DNA from: an uncultured Candidatus Micrarchaeota archaeon
Lineage (GTDB): Archaea > Micrarchaeota > Micrarchaeia > Burarchaeales > Fermentimicrarchaeaceae
Direction of reading: 5' to 3'
NCBI GenBank assembly: GCA_963760615.1
Contig: CAVXDX010000005.1
Location: 1 to 42,474 of the forward strand
DNA length: 42,474 bases
Below are positions 17,141 through 25,956 of the stretch, piece after piece. The notes beneath the pieces are model-generated. The model searched no databases. It was not told where the DNA came from and saw nothing but the letters and a program-made list of their open reading frames with translations. The translations under genes were made by a program, and so were the position numbers. Numbering within the stretch: the stretch's first letter is position 1; each line of letters begins with the position of its first letter.

Positions 17141-18145
17141 TTATCCGAAAAAGCCTGGCCAGGGCGGGTCAGGTTCATGTCCTCCAACATCAAAATTAAA
17201 TTTTTTGTCTAATGTGGCGGCTTTGCCGGGTCTGAATTTCTTTGCCTTTTTCATCTCCTCAAGAACCTCCTCAATCATGGATTTGCCCTCCTCCTTCCCC
17301 TGGACTCTCATGAGCTGTTCCAGGCTCGAATAGAGCAGCTGTTCGTACAGTGCGACTGTCTCGTCTATGTCGCTTCCGGTTTTTCTCAGCGCTGCGTGAA
17401 TAAACTCGGGTTTTTGTACATCAGCACCGTAATTCCTCCAGATTGGAATGAGCTTTTCATCATACTTTCTGATTTGAAACTCCTCAACCCTCAGCGGAAG
17501 ACCTTCCACAACTTTCTCGAATGACTCTCTATCAAAGGTTTTTTTACTGCGTTCCTTTTTATCAGAAGATTTTTTACTTGGTTCTCTATATGGTACTCCC
17601 CATACAATCACTCCATCATCCTTCAGCACCCTTACTGCCTCTAGCAGATTCAGTTTTCCTATTGAATCGACAGCAAGAACAAGCATCTCAAGCATCTGGT
17701 CTCTGTGCTCCTCCATCCCCTTAGCCTTCATGCCGCCCACGTACATCTCCACGCTTATTAGCGGGATGGGGAGGTTGTTCATAAACAGTATATCATAAGT
17801 TTTATCTTCAGCCTTGAGGTGCATAGAATCGCAAACAACTTTGTTCTTTCCCTTCCCCATCGCCTTCATGCTTATGTCAAACACATCAATTTCAACGCAG
17901 TCAGCCTTATCCCCTAAACTTCTCCTAACGGAATCTCCTTGCCTCCCACTTCCACCTGCAATATCACCAATCTTCAGTTTATTGCCGCTCTTGACCAGCT
18001 TTTTAACTCCAGAAAGCTCAGTTTGCCTGTCATAGAACTCTCTCATTTCATCAATATTAGAAACCTTATGAAAGTCGCTGCCCTTGAGATACATTTCCTG
18101 TGCCATCTTCACTATATCCTCAGGCTGCGCTACTTTCTGAACCAT
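17141..18145 (-). CDS. Class I SAM-dependent methyltransferase, divergent
   Basis: Motif I IGDIAGGSG, acidic DVFDIS, CDSMHL...YDILF and EAVRVLKDDGVIV. Confidence 0.75.
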   Translation of the reverse strand: MVQKVAQPEDIVKMAQEMYLKGSDFHKVSNIDEMREFYDRQTELSGVKKLVKSGNKLKIGDIAGGSGRQGDSVRRSLGDKADCVEIDVFDISMKAMGKGKNKVVCDSMHLKAEDKTYDILFMNNLPIPLISVEMYVGGMKAKGMEEHRDQMLEMLVLAVDSIGKLNLLEAVRVLKDDGVIVWGVPYREPSKKSSDKKERSKKTFDRESFEKVVEGLPLRVEEFQIRKYDEKLIPIWRNYGADVQKPEFIHAALRKTGSDIDETVALYEQLLYSSLEQLMRVQGKEEGKSMIEEVLEEMKKAKKFRPGKAATLDKKFNFDVGGHEPDPPWPGFFG

Positions 18146-18236
18146 AATTAAATTATGCCGTTTCGAGTATTAATTCGTTACTCTAGCTAAGAACAGAAAA
18201 CCAAGTATTTATATACTCGCCGTTATACCAAAACAT

Positions 18237-19523
18237 ATGGCGAACCAGCGGCTTAAGAGAACCCTCACCCTATTTGATGCAGTATCCCTCGGCCTGGGCG
18301 TCATCATAGGCGCAGGAATATTCGTTGTAGTGGGCACTGCAGCAGGGGTCGCAGGCCCAGGAGTCATATTCTCCATAATCCTGGCTGGAATCGTCTCACT
18401 GTTCACCGCCTTGAGCTTTGCCGAGCTCTGTTCCGCCATACCTGAAGAGGGAGGAGCATATGAGTATGTGTACAAGATTGTCTCTCCCTTTCTCGGCTTC
18501 ATGACGGGCTGGATGCTCATACTGGGCAGCATCGTTGCAGGCGCTGCAGTGAGCCTCAGCCTGGCGTACTACCTGGCTTTTCTCATGTCCTTCCCTCCCA
18601 ACCTGCTTGCAGTGGGCGCCTGCCTGTTTTTCACAGTAATCAATCTCATAGGGGCAAGGCAGTCAAAGGCAATAAACGACGTGCTTGTCATCCTGAAGAT
18701 TCTGATGCTTCTGCTGTTCGTCATGTTGGGAATACCCCACATACAGTTTTCGAATTTTCAGCCGCTGCTGCCGAACGGCCTGTCTGGTCTCATTGAAGGA
18801 GCGGCCATAATGATGTTCGCATACCTCGGATACTGCGATGTAACGGTAATCGCGGAAGAAGTGAAGTGCCCGCAGAAAACGCTTCCGCTCTCAACACTCC
18901 TTTCGCTGACAATATCTGCGGTTCTGTACCTGCTGGTTGCCTTCACGGCAGTTGGGGTAATCAACTACAAAACACTATCCCTCTCAGGCTCCCCACTTGC
19001 AGACGTGATGGAAGCGACTGGCAACGGCATGGCTGCCTGGGTTGTATCCCTCGGTGCAATCTTTGCGACTGCAACTGTGCTGTATGCCCTCATCCTTTCT
19101 GTTTCAAGGATAATATACTCCATGTCCATGAACCACCAAATTCCAAGATTCATACACCGCATCCACCCGCAGTTTGGCACTCCATACGTTTCAATACTGC
19201 TCGCAGGAGTCATAATGGCCGTGTTTGCCCTTGTGGTTAACTTGAAATATGTCGTCTCCCTTGCAACCACCCTAATAATACTGAGTCACCTGCTAGTGAA
19301 CTATGCCGCAATTGCAATAAACCGCAGGACAAGGCCCCCATTCAAGATACCTTTCTACCCAATTCCCCCCATACTGGGAATAATAACATTTGCAGCACTG
19401 TCTCTATACCTGCTTCAGGATGTTTGGCAGGCAATGGTTGTCGCCCTGCTGGCAGGCGTAATACTATACTACATCGATAAGGAACTGCTTCAGAGAACCC
19501 GCAAGGAGAGGAAGCGCCGCTAG
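18237..19523 (+). CDS. APC family amino acid permease
   Basis: GVIIGAGIF, FAELCSAIPEEGGAYEY, FAYLGY, EEVKCPQKTLP and FGTP motifs; about 12 hydrophobic segments. Confidence 0.95.
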   Translation: MANQRLKRTLTLFDAVSLGLGVIIGAGIFVVVGTAAGVAGPGVIFSIILAGIVSLFTALSFAELCSAIPEEGGAYEYVYKIVSPFLGFMTGWMLILGSIVAGAAVSLSLAYYLAFLMSFPPNLLAVGACLFFTVINLIGARQSKAINDVLVILKILMLLLFVMLGIPHIQFSNFQPLLPNGLSGLIEGAAIMMFAYLGYCDVTVIAEEVKCPQKTLPLSTLLSLTISAVLYLLVAFTAVGVINYKTLSLSGSPLADVMEATGNGMAAWVVSLGAIFATATVLYALILSVSRIIYSMSMNHQIPRFIHRIHPQFGTPYVSILLAGVIMAVFALVVNLKYVVSLATTLIILSHLLVNYAAIAINRRTRPPFKIPFYPIPPILGIITFAALSLYLLQDVWQAMVVALLAGVILYYIDKELLQRTRKERKRR

Positions 19524-20432
19524 TTACAGCTTGGGCAGTCTTTTTGAGAGGGAGTCAAGTTCATCCACAACTTTATTCGGAGTATACGCCTTGAGCTCCT
19601 CAACAAGCTTCTTGTCAGACAGCATTTCCACTTCAAGTGGGATTGCGACCCCGTCAACTGTTTTATAATCGCTCATGTGAAGGGAGAATGGCGCGCGGGC
19701 AAGCTTTCCTGAGGGCGTCTGCGATGGGTCTACTGTTATCATTCCCTTTGCTTTCTCATGGCTTGCAGTCACCTTCAGCCCAATTTTCTTCAGCTCCTCA
19801 ACCCACCTCTCTGCCGTTGTGTCAAGCCTTCCTTTTGTGCTTACCTGGAAGTTCTCCTCGTAGAAAGAGGGAGGCATCTTTTTCTTGAGGAACAGCAAAA
19901 CATGGAAGGAGCTCCCAGTCCATAGCAGGAATGGCTCTGAACAATTCAGCCTCTTCAGGTCATCTTTCATAGCATTCACAAATTCCTCTGCAACTTGCTG
20001 TGCGTATTCAGATGTAACCCCCTCACCCCTGTCCAAATCAAAGAAGATTCTGTCAATCGGCTTGCCCTCCCCTTCATTGTTGGTTGCATAAAACAAGTCT
20101 GAGAGCTTTCTGGGTACAAAATATCGCCACACCTTCTCCTGCGAGTGGGTGAGCTTGCTCCTTGCCTCATCCAGGTGCATCTTCCTCAATGACAGGAATT
20201 CAGGAGTGATTGCCTCAACAAACTCTTCAATATAGGTTGGCTCCTCCTTTGAGCCCCTTTTCAAGACCTTTGGCAAGCCCCCCCTGGGAGGGAACCAGTT
20301 TTTGGCTGCAAGCTCCCTTCCCTTCAGGTAACTGGTAAGCTTGCTCCCGACAATCCCGTAGTAGAGTAGCACCTCAGTCTCCCCAAATGGCCTGATGACA
20401 TCCTTCCCTTTCGCAATTTCAATAAGATTCAC
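19524..20432 (-). CDS. Stand-alone archaeo-eukaryotic primase-polymerase, LigD-Pol/Prim-PolC-like
   Basis: AEP motif I RIFFDLD, motif II WTGSSFH, motif III VDPSQTPSGKLARAPFSLH (resembles the LigD D..QN..G....APYS.R pattern), then VAIPL. Probable GTG start at 20432 overlaps the upstream Zn-finger stop. Confidence 0.75.
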   Translation of the reverse strand: MNLIEIAKGKDVIRPFGETEVLLYYGIVGSKLTSYLKGRELAAKNWFPPRGGLPKVLKRGSKEEPTYIEEFVEAITPEFLSLRKMHLDEARSKLTHSQEKVWRYFVPRKLSDLFYATNNEGEGKPIDRIFFDLDRGEGVTSEYAQQVAEEFVNAMKDDLKRLNCSEPFLLWTGSSFHVLLFLKKKMPPSFYEENFQVSTKGRLDTTAERWVEELKKIGLKVTASHEKAKGMITVDPSQTPSGKLARAPFSLHMSDYKTVDGVAIPLEVEMLSDKKLVEELKAYTPNKVVDELDSLSKRLPKL

Positions 20433-20572
20433 TTCATCATCCTGCCCATCCTGCACCGTATGCATGTGCCGCTGGCCGGGTCATAGCATGCAGGCCCCAC
20501 AAAAGCCCCGCACAGCTTGCAGGTGAAGCTTGCAAGCTCCCTGCCGCATACAACGCAGATGCCTTTCCTCAT
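20429..20572 (-). CDS. Small Cys-rich Zn-finger protein (47 aa, not in ORF track)
   Basis: Hand translation MRKGICVVCGRELASFTCKLCGAFVGPACYDPASGTCIRCRMGRMMK: seven Cys with three CxxC pairs. Its TGA overlaps the GTG of the AEP gene (GTGA). Confidence 0.8.
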   Translation of the reverse strand: MRKGICVVCGRELASFTCKLCGAFVGPACYDPASGTCIRCRMGRMMK

Positions 20573-20607
20573 GTTAATTAATTTATATCGAGTTCCTTAA
20601 ATATATT

Positions 20608-21270
20608 GTGAAAAGAGAGGAGAAAATAGGGAGGGTAATCCAGCTTCTTAAGAAAGAATACGGCGAGCACAGCTACAGAGAGAGGGGAGATCCTCTGGAC
20701 GTGCTGGTTGAGACGATACTATCCCAGAATACTTCGGACAAGAATTCCTCAAGGGCATTCTCCAACCTCAAGAAAAAATATCCAAACTGGGAGCTCGTGA
20801 TGAAGGCAGACTCCAGAGCCATACAGAAAGTAATACACTCCGGAGGGCTTCCAGGAATAAAGGCGAGGAGGGTAAAGCATGCGCTTGTAGAAATAAATAG
20901 AAGGAGAGGAAAGCTGACGCTTGATTTCCTTAGGGAGATGCCTCCTGAGGAAGCAATGAGATTCCTTCGCTCAATAAAGGGAATAGGGCCAAAGACTGCT
21001 GCAGTGCTACTCATCTTCCGCTTCAACAAGCCCATAATGCCTTTAGACACTCACAACCTACGAGTTGCAAAGAGGCTTGGCATCATCCCGCAGAAGATGA
21101 GTTCTGAGAAGGCGCATGAGCTGATGAACAGACTTGTCCCAAACAAGGAGAAGAAAAGCCTGCACATAAACTTCATACTTCATGGAAGGACCGTATGCAC
21201 TGCACAGAGACCAAAGCACGAGGAGTGCATCCTGAGAGGGCTGTGCAACTACTACAGGAATTTACAGTAG
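20608..21270 (+). CDS. nth: Endonuclease III (HhH-GPD DNA glycosylase/AP lyase)
   Basis: ILSQNTSD, HhH motif KGIGPKTA with catalytic Lys, PLDTHNLRV with catalytic Asp, and a C-terminal Fe-S loop C-x6-H-x2-C-x5-C. Confidence 0.93.
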   Translation: MKREEKIGRVIQLLKKEYGEHSYRERGDPLDVLVETILSQNTSDKNSSRAFSNLKKKYPNWELVMKADSRAIQKVIHSGGLPGIKARRVKHALVEINRRRGKLTLDFLREMPPEEAMRFLRSIKGIGPKTAAVLLIFRFNKPIMPLDTHNLRVAKRLGIIPQKMSSEKAHELMNRLVPNKEKKSLHINFILHGRTVCTAQRPKHEECILRGLCNYYRNLQ

Positions 21271-21675
21271 TGCTTCCTGCAGCTTTTTCTGAAGCTCGGC
21301 ATCGTTCATAGTCCTCTTTTTTTTCAGCTTCTCCAACTCATTAATTGCGTTTCCAACAGCTTCTCCATACTTTCCTGCATATTCCTCTGCCGTGGACTCC
21401 GGAAATCTAGATACTTTTGGATTCTCTTTATCCACTTCTTTAATAAGAAGATTCTTTGCTGCCATCTCCCTAACCACTCCAAGCTCTTTCTTAAGTTCAG
21501 GGTTTTTATCCTTCAAATCGGCAATGAGGCGCGCTGCGGCATCCATTATGTCCTTATCCTTCTTGCCTGTAAGCGTCTCTATATCCTTCTCTATCCTCCC
21601 TCTTCGAACGCCCTCTCGGAAAATCGGGTCCTGAAGAAATGGATTCAGCAGGGGATTCTGAATTTCTACAGCCAT
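21262..21675 (-). CDS. Hypothetical helical protein (137 aa)
   Basis: GGTGAG RBS before the ATG, genome-typical composition, fills the space; no motif recognised. Confidence 0.7.
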   Translation of the reverse strand: MAVEIQNPLLNPFLQDPIFREGVRRGRIEKDIETLTGKKDKDIMDAAARLIADLKDKNPELKKELGVVREMAAKNLLIKEVDKENPKVSRFPESTAEEYAGKYGEAVGNAINELEKLKKKRTMNDAELQKKLQEALL

Positions 21676-21781
21676 ATGCTCACCGCGCTAATTACTCAAT
21701 CAAAGTTTATATATTCACTGGAAAGTTACCCCTCCACAAGCTTTATAAATGAAACAAGCCCCTCTCTACTCGGCGACCGAT

Positions 21782-22051
21782 ATGCCCATAGAGGAAGAAA
21801 TCGTTCATTGGTGGAAGGATGAGAAAGGGGAGAACCACAGGAATGCTCTGAGGTTGGAGAGCGAGGTGCCCCAGCTTGTGAACGGGTTCCCGAGAGATGG
21901 AATCATAACAGTGAGAATAATGAACTCCGCAAGCTCCCAGGCAATAAAGCTCTCTCCGGATGAAGCGTTGAGAGTCAGTACGCAACTTCTCACAGTTGCG
22001 AAAGAGCTGCTCAACCATAAAAGGGCTCTGTGGCAGAAGTTTGAGGAATAG
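21782..22051 (+). CDS. Hypothetical protein (about 89 aa)
   Basis: Open frame after a TTTATAAA box, globular composition; the start could alternatively be 21749. Confidence 0.65.
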   Translation: MPIEEEIVHWWKDEKGENHRNALRLESEVPQLVNGFPRDGIITVRIMNSASSQAIKLSPDEALRVSTQLLTVAKELLNHKRALWQKFEE

Positions 22052-22613
22052 TTGCAGCTCCCTCGCTTTCAAGCTCCTCCAGGAACTCAAGCATGAACCT
22101 ATGTCTCTCCTCAGCCATCTTCCTTCCGCTCGCAGTGTTCATGGCATCTTTAAGCTTCAGAAGTTTTTCATCGAAGTGTTTTATCGCTTCCTTCAGAACT
22201 TTTCTGTGCTCCCCACTCCATAGAAAACAGCGTGCGATGCCAACTGCCCCGATTGCATCCAGTCTGTCAGCATCCTGTAACACCTGCGCTTCAATGCTCA
22301 TTGCTTTCTCCCCTTTGCTGAACCTATGCTCCCCTATACACCCCAGAACCTTTTCCTTTTTCTCTTTTGGAAAATCAGTCATGTCAAGCAGGCTCCTTGC
22401 AACTTCGATGCTCTTGCCCTCATGCTCCTTCTCATCCAAGGAGTACCCGACATCATGGAGGAGTGCAGCTGCCTTCACGACATCCTCATCAGCATGCTCC
22501 TCCCTTGCAAGACGGATTGAGATTGAGCAGACCCTTTTTGCATGCTCAAAGTCATGCGTTGGGTCCTTCATGAGTTCGCTCGCAATCTTCTCAAATGTCT
22601 CCTGCCATCCCAT
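22011..22613 (-). CDS. HD-domain metal-dependent phosphohydrolase (YedJ-like)
   Basis: HDFEHAKRV, LLHDVG, EHRFS and LQDADRLDAIGAVGIAR motifs. Confidence 0.92.
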   Translation of the reverse strand: MGWQETFEKIASELMKDPTHDFEHAKRVCSISIRLAREEHADEDVVKAAALLHDVGYSLDEKEHEGKSIEVARSLLDMTDFPKEKKEKVLGCIGEHRFSKGEKAMSIEAQVLQDADRLDAIGAVGIARCFLWSGEHRKVLKEAIKHFDEKLLKLKDAMNTASGRKMAEERHRFMLEFLEELESEGAATIPQTSATEPFYG

Positions 22614-22666
22614 TTTTTACCTCAAACATTATAAAGTCTCGATAATTTATAATATTGGTGGTATTT

Positions 22667-23581
22667 GTGAAAAATTTTCCCAAAATCTGGATGAATGGCA
22701 GGTTCGTTAAGTTTGAGGATGCAAAAATCCATGTGCTCACACACTCCCTGCACTATGGGAATGCAATTTTTGAGGGGCTGAGGTGCTACGAAACTGAAAA
22801 GGGGCCTGCAGTCTTCAGACTGAGGGAGCACCTCAACAGACTTTTCAACAGCGCAAAAACATACTGCATGAAAATTCCCTATTCAAAGGAGGAGCTGAGA
22901 GAGGCAACAATAAGCTTATTGAAAGTCAACAATGCGAAGGAGTGCTACATCAGGCCTATCGTCTTCTATGGACCTGAGCATATTGGACTTGAAACAGAGG
23001 GCTTGAAAGTGAATGTGGCTCTAATTGCAATTCCCTGGGGGCACTACTTCGGGGAGAAATGCGAGAAGGGCGTCAGGGCAAAAATATCCTCCTGGTGCAG
23101 GATAAACCCAATGATAGTTCCACCCCAGGCCAAGTCCGCAGGCAATTATATCAATTCCCTGCTTGCGAAGATGGAAGTAACAAACTCAGGCTACGATGAG
23201 GCAATAATGCAAAACATGAGCGGCTATATAGCAGAAGGGTCTGGAGAAAACATATTCATAGTGAGGCAGAGCAAGCTCATCACACCCCCCGTGCATGCGG
23301 GCATTCTCATAGGTGTGACAAGGGACTCCATAATGAGAATTGGAAAGGATATGGAAATTGAGACGATAATACGGGACATACCAAGGGAAGAACTCTACAT
23401 CGCAGATGAGGCTTTCTTCACTGGTACGGCTGCTGAGGTTACACCGATAATTGAGGTGGATGACCGGGTTATAGGAAATGGAAGGAGAGGTCCAATAACA
23501 GAGAAGCTGCAGGAAAAATTCTTCGGGATACTCAGAGGAAATGACGAGAGATATTACGACTGGTTGGAGTTTGTAGAATAG
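22667..23581 (+). CDS. ilvE: Branched-chain amino acid aminotransferase
   Basis: HSLHYGNAIFEGLR, FRLREHLNRL, AKSAGNY (PLP Lys), EGSGENIF and FFTGTAAEVTP. GTG start chosen from RBS spacing. Confidence 0.96.
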   Translation: MKNFPKIWMNGRFVKFEDAKIHVLTHSLHYGNAIFEGLRCYETEKGPAVFRLREHLNRLFNSAKTYCMKIPYSKEELREATISLLKVNNAKECYIRPIVFYGPEHIGLETEGLKVNVALIAIPWGHYFGEKCEKGVRAKISSWCRINPMIVPPQAKSAGNYINSLLAKMEVTNSGYDEAIMQNMSGYIAEGSGENIFIVRQSKLITPPVHAGILIGVTRDSIMRIGKDMEIETIIRDIPREELYIADEAFFTGTAAEVTPIIEVDDRVIGNGRRGPITEKLQEKFFGILRGNDERYYDWLEFVE

Positions 23582-23645
23582 TACTCTGCTTTGTGCCTAG
23601 CTCACTCACAAGCCTTCTTCAAAAATCCTACCTTTGGGTTGTAAA

Positions 23646-23990
23646 TTAAAGCAGTTTCAGATCCTTGGTGAATCTATCAACCTCCTCATCCTTCCACGGG
23701 CCTACAACAAGGCAGGTGACAGTTCCAGGGGGAATCTGGGTGAAGCCGGCATCCTTTATTATCACGCAGGGAATCTCCTTCTTCATCTTTTCATAAAGCT
23801 CGAAAAGCTCCCTCTCGCTTTCAACTTTCACAACTATCTTCTTCTCCCCCTCCCCCTCCCACTCCTCAACAAACTCAGGCTTCCTCTCCTTGACCAGCTT
23901 GTATCCTGCAAGTGAGGCATGGGAGACGTGTGCAGCAAGCTTACCCTTCCCAAGCTTCAAATCGCTCCTTACAACTATGACCTGTTTCAT
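23646..23990 (-). CDS. pth2: Peptidyl-tRNA hydrolase Pth2
   Basis: KQVIVVRSDLKLGKGKLAAHVSHA, KKIVVKV and IKDAGFTQIPPGTVTCL.VGP motifs. Confidence 0.96.
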   Translation of the reverse strand: MKQVIVVRSDLKLGKGKLAAHVSHASLAGYKLVKERKPEFVEEWEGEGEKKIVVKVESERELFELYEKMKKEIPCVIIKDAGFTQIPPGTVTCLVVGPWKDEEVDRFTKDLKLL

Positions 23991-24031
23991 TCCAATCTGC
24001 TTTATAAATTCAGTGCGGAATTAATTAAACT

Positions 24032-25084
24032 ATGCATGAGAGCCTTACAGAGCTTATAGACCGGATAAAATTGCTTGAGGAGAAGAGGGCTGAGCTTGCC
24101 AAGAAGCTCCGAGAAGAGGAAAAGGAGTTCTACCCAGAAGCTCTTGAGAAGAATCTTGTCCACAAGGTTGAGCCTGTTGAGCTTAACTGCAAGGTTGCTG
24201 CCGTTGACGGAGGACTTGCCGCGCAGGAATTTCATGGATTTGATTTGGTGCTCACCAGAGCCCTCTCAGTTATATTCGAATACAAGAACTCAAAGAGAGT
24301 ATCACACATATACTACCCATCAAGAATACCCGAAGCTGAAACTGATGCCTTGACTTCTCTGGACTCCCATGAATTCACTTGGCACAAATCCCTCACAAGG
24401 CTCAGGAGGGAGATAGCAGTTGCTTCCGAAACGGTTGAAAAATACGCTCCTTACTGTATTCTGCTTGATGGTTCCATTGTGCCTCAGATTTCAGACAAGC
24501 CATCAGAGGATTCTCCAGTGAGGCCGCTCTACAACCAGCTGCTTGAAGGCTATGACAGATTGTACTCGCTCTGCGAGGAGAAGGAATGCCAGCTCATTGG
24601 AGTGATAAAGGATAGCAGGGGCAAAAGGTTCATAGAGATTCTTGAGAAGACGCTGCCAGATGAAGAGAAAAAGGTGCTGGCAACATCCCACGACACTTCC
24701 TTCCTGCACTTCCTCCTTAACGAGGGCGAGAGGACGTTCGAATTCCACTACTCCAGCGCCGAGAGGGAGCATCAGGTCCTGAAAGACTTGGGAGTATGGA
24801 GTGCCAAGATGAATGCATTATACCTCAAGCCCGTGAAGGATGACAGGCCTCTGAGGGTTGAATTCCTAAAAACCAAGAAGAACGCTAGCGAGGTAGCATC
24901 ATTAATATACTCCCTCAGCACAATAAACCAGAAATATGCATACCCCGCCATACTGATTGAGGCGGATATGAGAGCGGCTATGGACAGGACGGAGATAGAC
25001 AGGACGTGCAGGAACCTGCTGCTGAGAGCAGGCAGGAGGGTTTCCTTCCTCCCGCTGAGGAGGGATAGCAGGCCTTTCAGATGA
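24032..25084 (+). CDS. nurA: DNA double-strand break repair nuclease NurA
   Basis: VAAVDGG, ILLDGSI, IGVIKDS and YP..LIEAD motifs; close to herA. Confidence 0.85.
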   Translation: MHESLTELIDRIKLLEEKRAELAKKLREEEKEFYPEALEKNLVHKVEPVELNCKVAAVDGGLAAQEFHGFDLVLTRALSVIFEYKNSKRVSHIYYPSRIPEAETDALTSLDSHEFTWHKSLTRLRREIAVASETVEKYAPYCILLDGSIVPQISDKPSEDSPVRPLYNQLLEGYDRLYSLCEEKECQLIGVIKDSRGKRFIEILEKTLPDEEKKVLATSHDTSFLHFLLNEGERTFEFHYSSAEREHQVLKDLGVWSAKMNALYLKPVKDDRPLRVEFLKTKKNASEVASLIYSLSTINQKYAYPAILIEADMRAAMDRTEIDRTCRNLLLRAGRRVSFLPLRRDSRPFR

Positions 25085-25088
25085 TTGC

Positions 25089-25931
25089 ATGAAATGCTCC
25101 AACCATCCCGACAAGGAGGCTTCTGCCATATGCGAGAGGTGCAACCTTCTCTACTGCGGCAACTGCGTGCTCTCTTCGAATGGCAAGTGCCCCAAATGCG
25201 GCAATACCCTTCGCTCACCGCAGAGCGTGATGTCATACGAGATTTCCCAAAGCGAGTTATACAAGGGTGGAGGGCAACCGCATCTTATGAATGCAATAAA
25301 CTCGCTCTACATGGAACCGCAAAGGGCGATGAGGAGGCTTAGGGAATACCCCTCCCTTCTCACTGGCGTTATCAATGTCACCATACTATACCTTATTGTA
25401 ACCATTCTGATAATTGCGGTTTTGCTTGCACTTGTGCTGGTGCCGACGCCATCCGGCGTTGGCGTTGACATGATGGCCACCCTGCTCGACGTAAAAACCA
25501 TCTTCAGGTTTTTCATTGGGGTTATGCTCTACTACGGTTTCACAATCTTTGGATGGCTCTTTTCATCCTTCATATACTGGGTACCTGCCAAGCTGCTTGG
25601 CGGGAAGGGGGAGTTTGTGCAGCAGGCTTCCGTATTCTCCTACATGATGCTTGCTCTCTTCCCTCTTTGGCTTTTCTCCTCGGTTCTAGCAGCCATACCC
25701 ATTTTCGGTGTCTTCATAGCAATTGCAGCAATCCTCGTAGTTTTCTTCTATTCAATGTACCTCATTTTCCTGAGCATTCTAGAAATTCACGAGTTCGGCA
25801 CATTCAAAGCAATAGCATCCCTCCTTATCTCCATTGCCATATTCCTCTTGCTGGGTCTGTTGCTCTTGACGATTCTGTTGGTCATTTTTGCAATGCCTTT
25901 TATCGGAAATTTACCCCTTCCTCACATTTAA
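25089..25931 (+). CDS. Yip1-family membrane protein with an N-terminal B-box-like Zn finger
   Basis: N-terminus CSNHPDKEASAICERCNLLYCGNC...CPKC, then about five TM helices with a Yip1-like KLLGGKGEF loop and L.I.EIH..G..KAI. Confidence 0.75.
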   Translation: MKCSNHPDKEASAICERCNLLYCGNCVLSSNGKCPKCGNTLRSPQSVMSYEISQSELYKGGGQPHLMNAINSLYMEPQRAMRRLREYPSLLTGVINVTILYLIVTILIIAVLLALVLVPTPSGVGVDMMATLLDVKTIFRFFIGVMLYYGFTIFGWLFSSFIYWVPAKLLGGKGEFVQQASVFSYMMLALFPLWLFSSVLAAIPIFGVFIAIAAILVVFFYSMYLIFLSILEIHEFGTFKAIASLLISIAIFLLLGLLLLTILLVIFAMPFIGNLPLPHI

Positions 25932-25956
25932 ATAGACTTATGGCTAAAGTGATTTG

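Noticed and set aside
14506-18145. DISARM- or Druantia-like defence system (DUF1998 plus methyltransferase)
   Set aside because: DUF1998 is fused to a complete helicase as in MrfA/Hrq1, the methyltransferase lacks DNA-MTase motif IV, and no drmA/drmC/drmD-like genes are present.
21317-21324. T8 homopolymer (and A8 at 28189-28196) as phase-variable tracts
   Set aside because: Short, in frame, explained by Lys codons and unremarkable in this genome.
23582-23645. Possible small RNA or ORF in the ilvE-pth2 spacer
   Set aside because: No tRNA fold, C/D boxes, convincing stem or start codon with RBS was found.
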